DNA from: an uncultured Solirubrobacterales bacterium
Lineage (GTDB): Bacteria > Actinomycetota > Thermoleophilia > Solirubrobacterales > 70-9
Reading direction: 5' to 3'
DNA length: 64,000 nucleotides
NCBI GenBank assembly: GCA_963745915.1
Contig: CAVUZA010000001.1
Location: 14,622-78,621, forward strand
Position 1 is the first letter of the stretch. The number at the start of each line of letters is the position of its first letter. Below are positions 62,411 to 64,000 of this stretch, in pieces. Under the pieces are notes generated by a model. That model saw only the letters and a list, made by a program, of their open reading frames with translations. It was not told the DNA's origin and did not search any database. The translations under genes were made by a program, and so were the position numbers.

Positions 62411-63946
62411 TCACCGGGCGGCCCCCGCTTCGCCGTCGGCTTCGAGCGGCTCGCCCGGGTGCCGGAACAGCGGCCGCCAGGGCGCGCCCGAGTCGACCGG
62501 CAGCTCGGAGAGCGGCTGTTCGCCCTGCGTGTACCAGCGGGCTTCGTAGGGCAGCCCTTCGAACTGGACCCGGTCGCCCTGCCTGTAGACGGCGCTCGGT
62601 GACCAGGATCGGGGGTGGCCCTCGATCAGGCGCACCGGCGACGGCGCCTCGCTGCCGGCCGGCACCGGGCCGATCGGCTGCCAGGGGCCGCTGGGGGCGT
62701 TGCCGCCGGCCGAGCCGGGCGGCGTCGCCTGGTTCCACCAGCTGGCCTCGTAGATCGTCCCCTGCCAGACCACCTCGTAGCCGCTCGGGTAGGCGGCGGT
62801 CGGCCGCCAGACCGGGTAGGGGCTGCGGGCCGGGTCGTCGGCCGCCTCGGCCCCGGCCGGCGCCGGTTCCTTGCTCAGCCGCGCTTCGGGGCGGGCGGTC
62901 CGGGTGCCCTCGAGCTCGCCGAAGATGCGGCTGAACTCGAGCGGCCGCTGCAGCACGCCGCTGCAGTTGGCCGAGAGCGTCCCGGTGCGGGGGAAGGCGC
63001 CGCCGCACTCGGAGTCGCGGTTGAGCGACCAGGCCGAGACGCGGGGGATGCCGTGGCGGCTGGCGAAGCCCGCCAGGCGGCGGGCGTCGGCGACGGTCAG
63101 GCGCTCGCCGGGTAGGTCGTTGACGCCGAGCATCACGGTGGCGCCCAGCCGACCCCAGGAGGAGTCGACGTCGCTGGGCAGGCCGGCCGCCCGCCACAGC
63201 GACTCGACCTGGGCGCGGGTCGATTCGAGCGCCCGTTCGACCGTGCCGGCCATGTCGGTGTCGGCCCCCTGGCCGGGGCCGAAGTCCATCGCCATCGCGT
63301 TGACGCCGGCGAGCTCGACCCCGGCGGCGAGCAGGGCCTGGACCGCGGCCGTCCCCTCGGCGGTGAGGCCGTCGGCGGAGACCGGCAGCGTCGCCCAGAC
63401 CCGCAGCGGCGAGCCGGCCTGCCGGCGGCGCCGCTGCACGGTGGCGATCGCCGCCGCGCGCCGCGTGTTGGCGGCCCGGTCGGCGAGCGCCGCGCCCTCG
63501 AGGTCGAGGTCGACGGCGGTCGCCCGGTAGCGCCGGACCGGCGCCATGTAGGCGGCGGCGAGGCGGTCGGGGTCGGTGCAGGCGAGGGCCAGCTCGGTGT
63601 TGTCGCGGCCGCCGAAGGAGACCATCACGCTGCCGCCCTGGCCGCGCAGCTGGCTGGCGCGGGCGTCGAGGTCGAGCGCCCGGCCGGCCTCGCCGAGCGT
63701 GTAGTAAGAGCCCCAGGAGGGGGTGCACGGCCGGCCCGGGTCGCTGACGACGAAGGCGAGGAAGACGCTGGAGACGGGGCTGGCGGAGGGCAGCTGGAAG
63801 GGGTAGGTCGGCGTCTGGGTGACGTCGACGTAGGGCGCGTACACCGGCTCGGCTCCGGAGCTGGCGCTGCCGGCGGGGGTGCCCTCGGCGAGCAGGCGCC
63901 AGGCGCCGAGGGCGAGCGCGGCGAGGACCGCGAGGAGGACGATCAC
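62411..63946 (-). CDS. GH18 chitinase-like glycoside hydrolase with an N-terminal anchor and two C-terminal CBM5/12-type chitin-binding modules
   Basis: YAPYVDVT..., SFGG, AVDLDLEG (DxDxE catalytic motif), then YPSGYEVVWQGTIYEASWWNQ and YRQGDRVQFEGLPYEARWYTQ. The frame stays open to the right window edge, so the true start may lie beyond 64000. Confidence 0.85.
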   Translation of the reverse strand: MIVLLAVLAALALGAWRLLAEGTPAGSASSGAEPVYAPYVDVTQTPTYPFQLPSASPVSSVFLAFVVSDPGRPCTPSWGSYYTLGEAGRALDLDARASQLRGQGGSVMVSFGGRDNTELALACTDPDRLAAAYMAPVRRYRATAVDLDLEGAALADRAANTRRAAAIATVQRRRRQAGSPLRVWATLPVSADGLTAEGTAAVQALLAAGVELAGVNAMAMDFGPGQGADTDMAGTVERALESTRAQVESLWRAAGLPSDVDSSWGRLGATVMLGVNDLPGERLTVADARRLAGFASRHGIPRVSAWSLNRDSECGGAFPRTGTLSANCSGVLQRPLEFSRIFGELEGTRTARPEARLSKEPAPAGAEAADDPARSPYPVWRPTAAYPSGYEVVWQGTIYEASWWNQATPPGSAGGNAPSGPWQPIGPVPAGSEAPSPVRLIEGHPRSWSPSAVYRQGDRVQFEGLPYEARWYTQGEQPLSELPVDSGAPWRPLFRHPGEPLEADGEAGAAR

Positions 63947-64000
63947 GCGCAGCGGCGAGAGCTCCCGCGGCGGCGGCTCGAGCGCCCGCGAGGACCTCTC

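Noticed and set aside
62346-63728. N-terminal 460 residues of the 1197-aa ORF 60135..63728.
   Set aside because: This is an off-frame read through the GH18 gene and is Arg/Pro/Gly-rich. The GT2 protein begins at ATG 62345, 65 nt after the GH18 stop.
59263-63946. The tRNA-Ala as an integration site for a GT2/GH18 genomic island.
   Set aside because: The cluster lies on the 5' side of the tRNA, not the 3' side used by integrases. It has native high G+C. No integrase or direct repeat of the tRNA 3' end was seen.
1-64000. CRISPR arrays, rRNA genes, transposases/IS elements, prophage genes, and TPP or FMN riboswitches.
   Set aside because: I found no spacer-repeat periodicity, no rRNA-like conserved blocks and no DDE/transposase-like ORFs. 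thiD, ilvD and ribD lack upstream spacers long enough for riboswitches. The search was visual only; covariance-model scans would be decisive.

Overview
High-G+C bacterial chromosomal segment. Hand-counted 60-nt samples give about 67-90% G+C in core genes and about 43-63% in three accessory patches. Gene content and order look like a Gram-positive/actinobacterial-type core; that lineage call is inference only.

Most genes lie on the minus strand in a long conserved run: rpmB ... DAK2(yloV-like)-[insert]-recG-rsmD-coaD ... yceD-rpmF-plsX-acpP-rnc-smc-[WS/DGAT]-ftsY-ffh-rpsP-KH-trmD-rplS-lepB-rnhB-(yraN)-comM-dprA-thiD-ilvD. The window also holds xerC/D, a FliA/WhiG sigma factor, an EF-G paralogue, ribD-ribE-ribBA-ribH, priA-def-fmt-rsmB-rpe and one tRNA-Ala(GGC). 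I saw no rRNA, CRISPR array, transposase or phage genes.

Accessory, lower-G+C insertions:
- a membrane-anchored ThuA-like protein, a GDPD and a polytopic patatin (6.3-9.7 kb)
- a 1345-aa surface protein with two NHL propellers (32.4-36.4 kb)
- an MMPL transporter with ArsR/XRE regulators (38.2-42.4 kb)
- a Phd/VapC toxin-antitoxin pair

Items most worth a second look:
1. A 47-nt palindromic element sits in frame inside two housekeeping genes, ribD and rsmB. Both copies encode SGAxY...KRTGT.
2. An ~80-nt palindromic repeat family occurs three times just after stop codons, with compensatory arm changes between copies.
3. The SMC at the canonical locus is only ~818 aa and has no recognisable hinge.
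4. acpP reads in frame into rnc without a stop codon.
5. The NHL gene contains a 100% identical 813-bp tandem duplication (period 828 bp).
6. A processive GT2 synthase is paired with a GH18/CBM5_12 chitinase-like gene.
7. Nine single-base indels break conserved genes (xerC/D, ilvD, ftsY, smc x2, rnc, plsX x2, antitoxin). Six of them sit at the centre of GATC, CAGCTG or CCGG, which suggests a systematic sequence artefact rather than true pseudogenes.

Many long ORFs in the supplied track are antisense or off-frame artefacts of the high G+C content and are not reported as genes.
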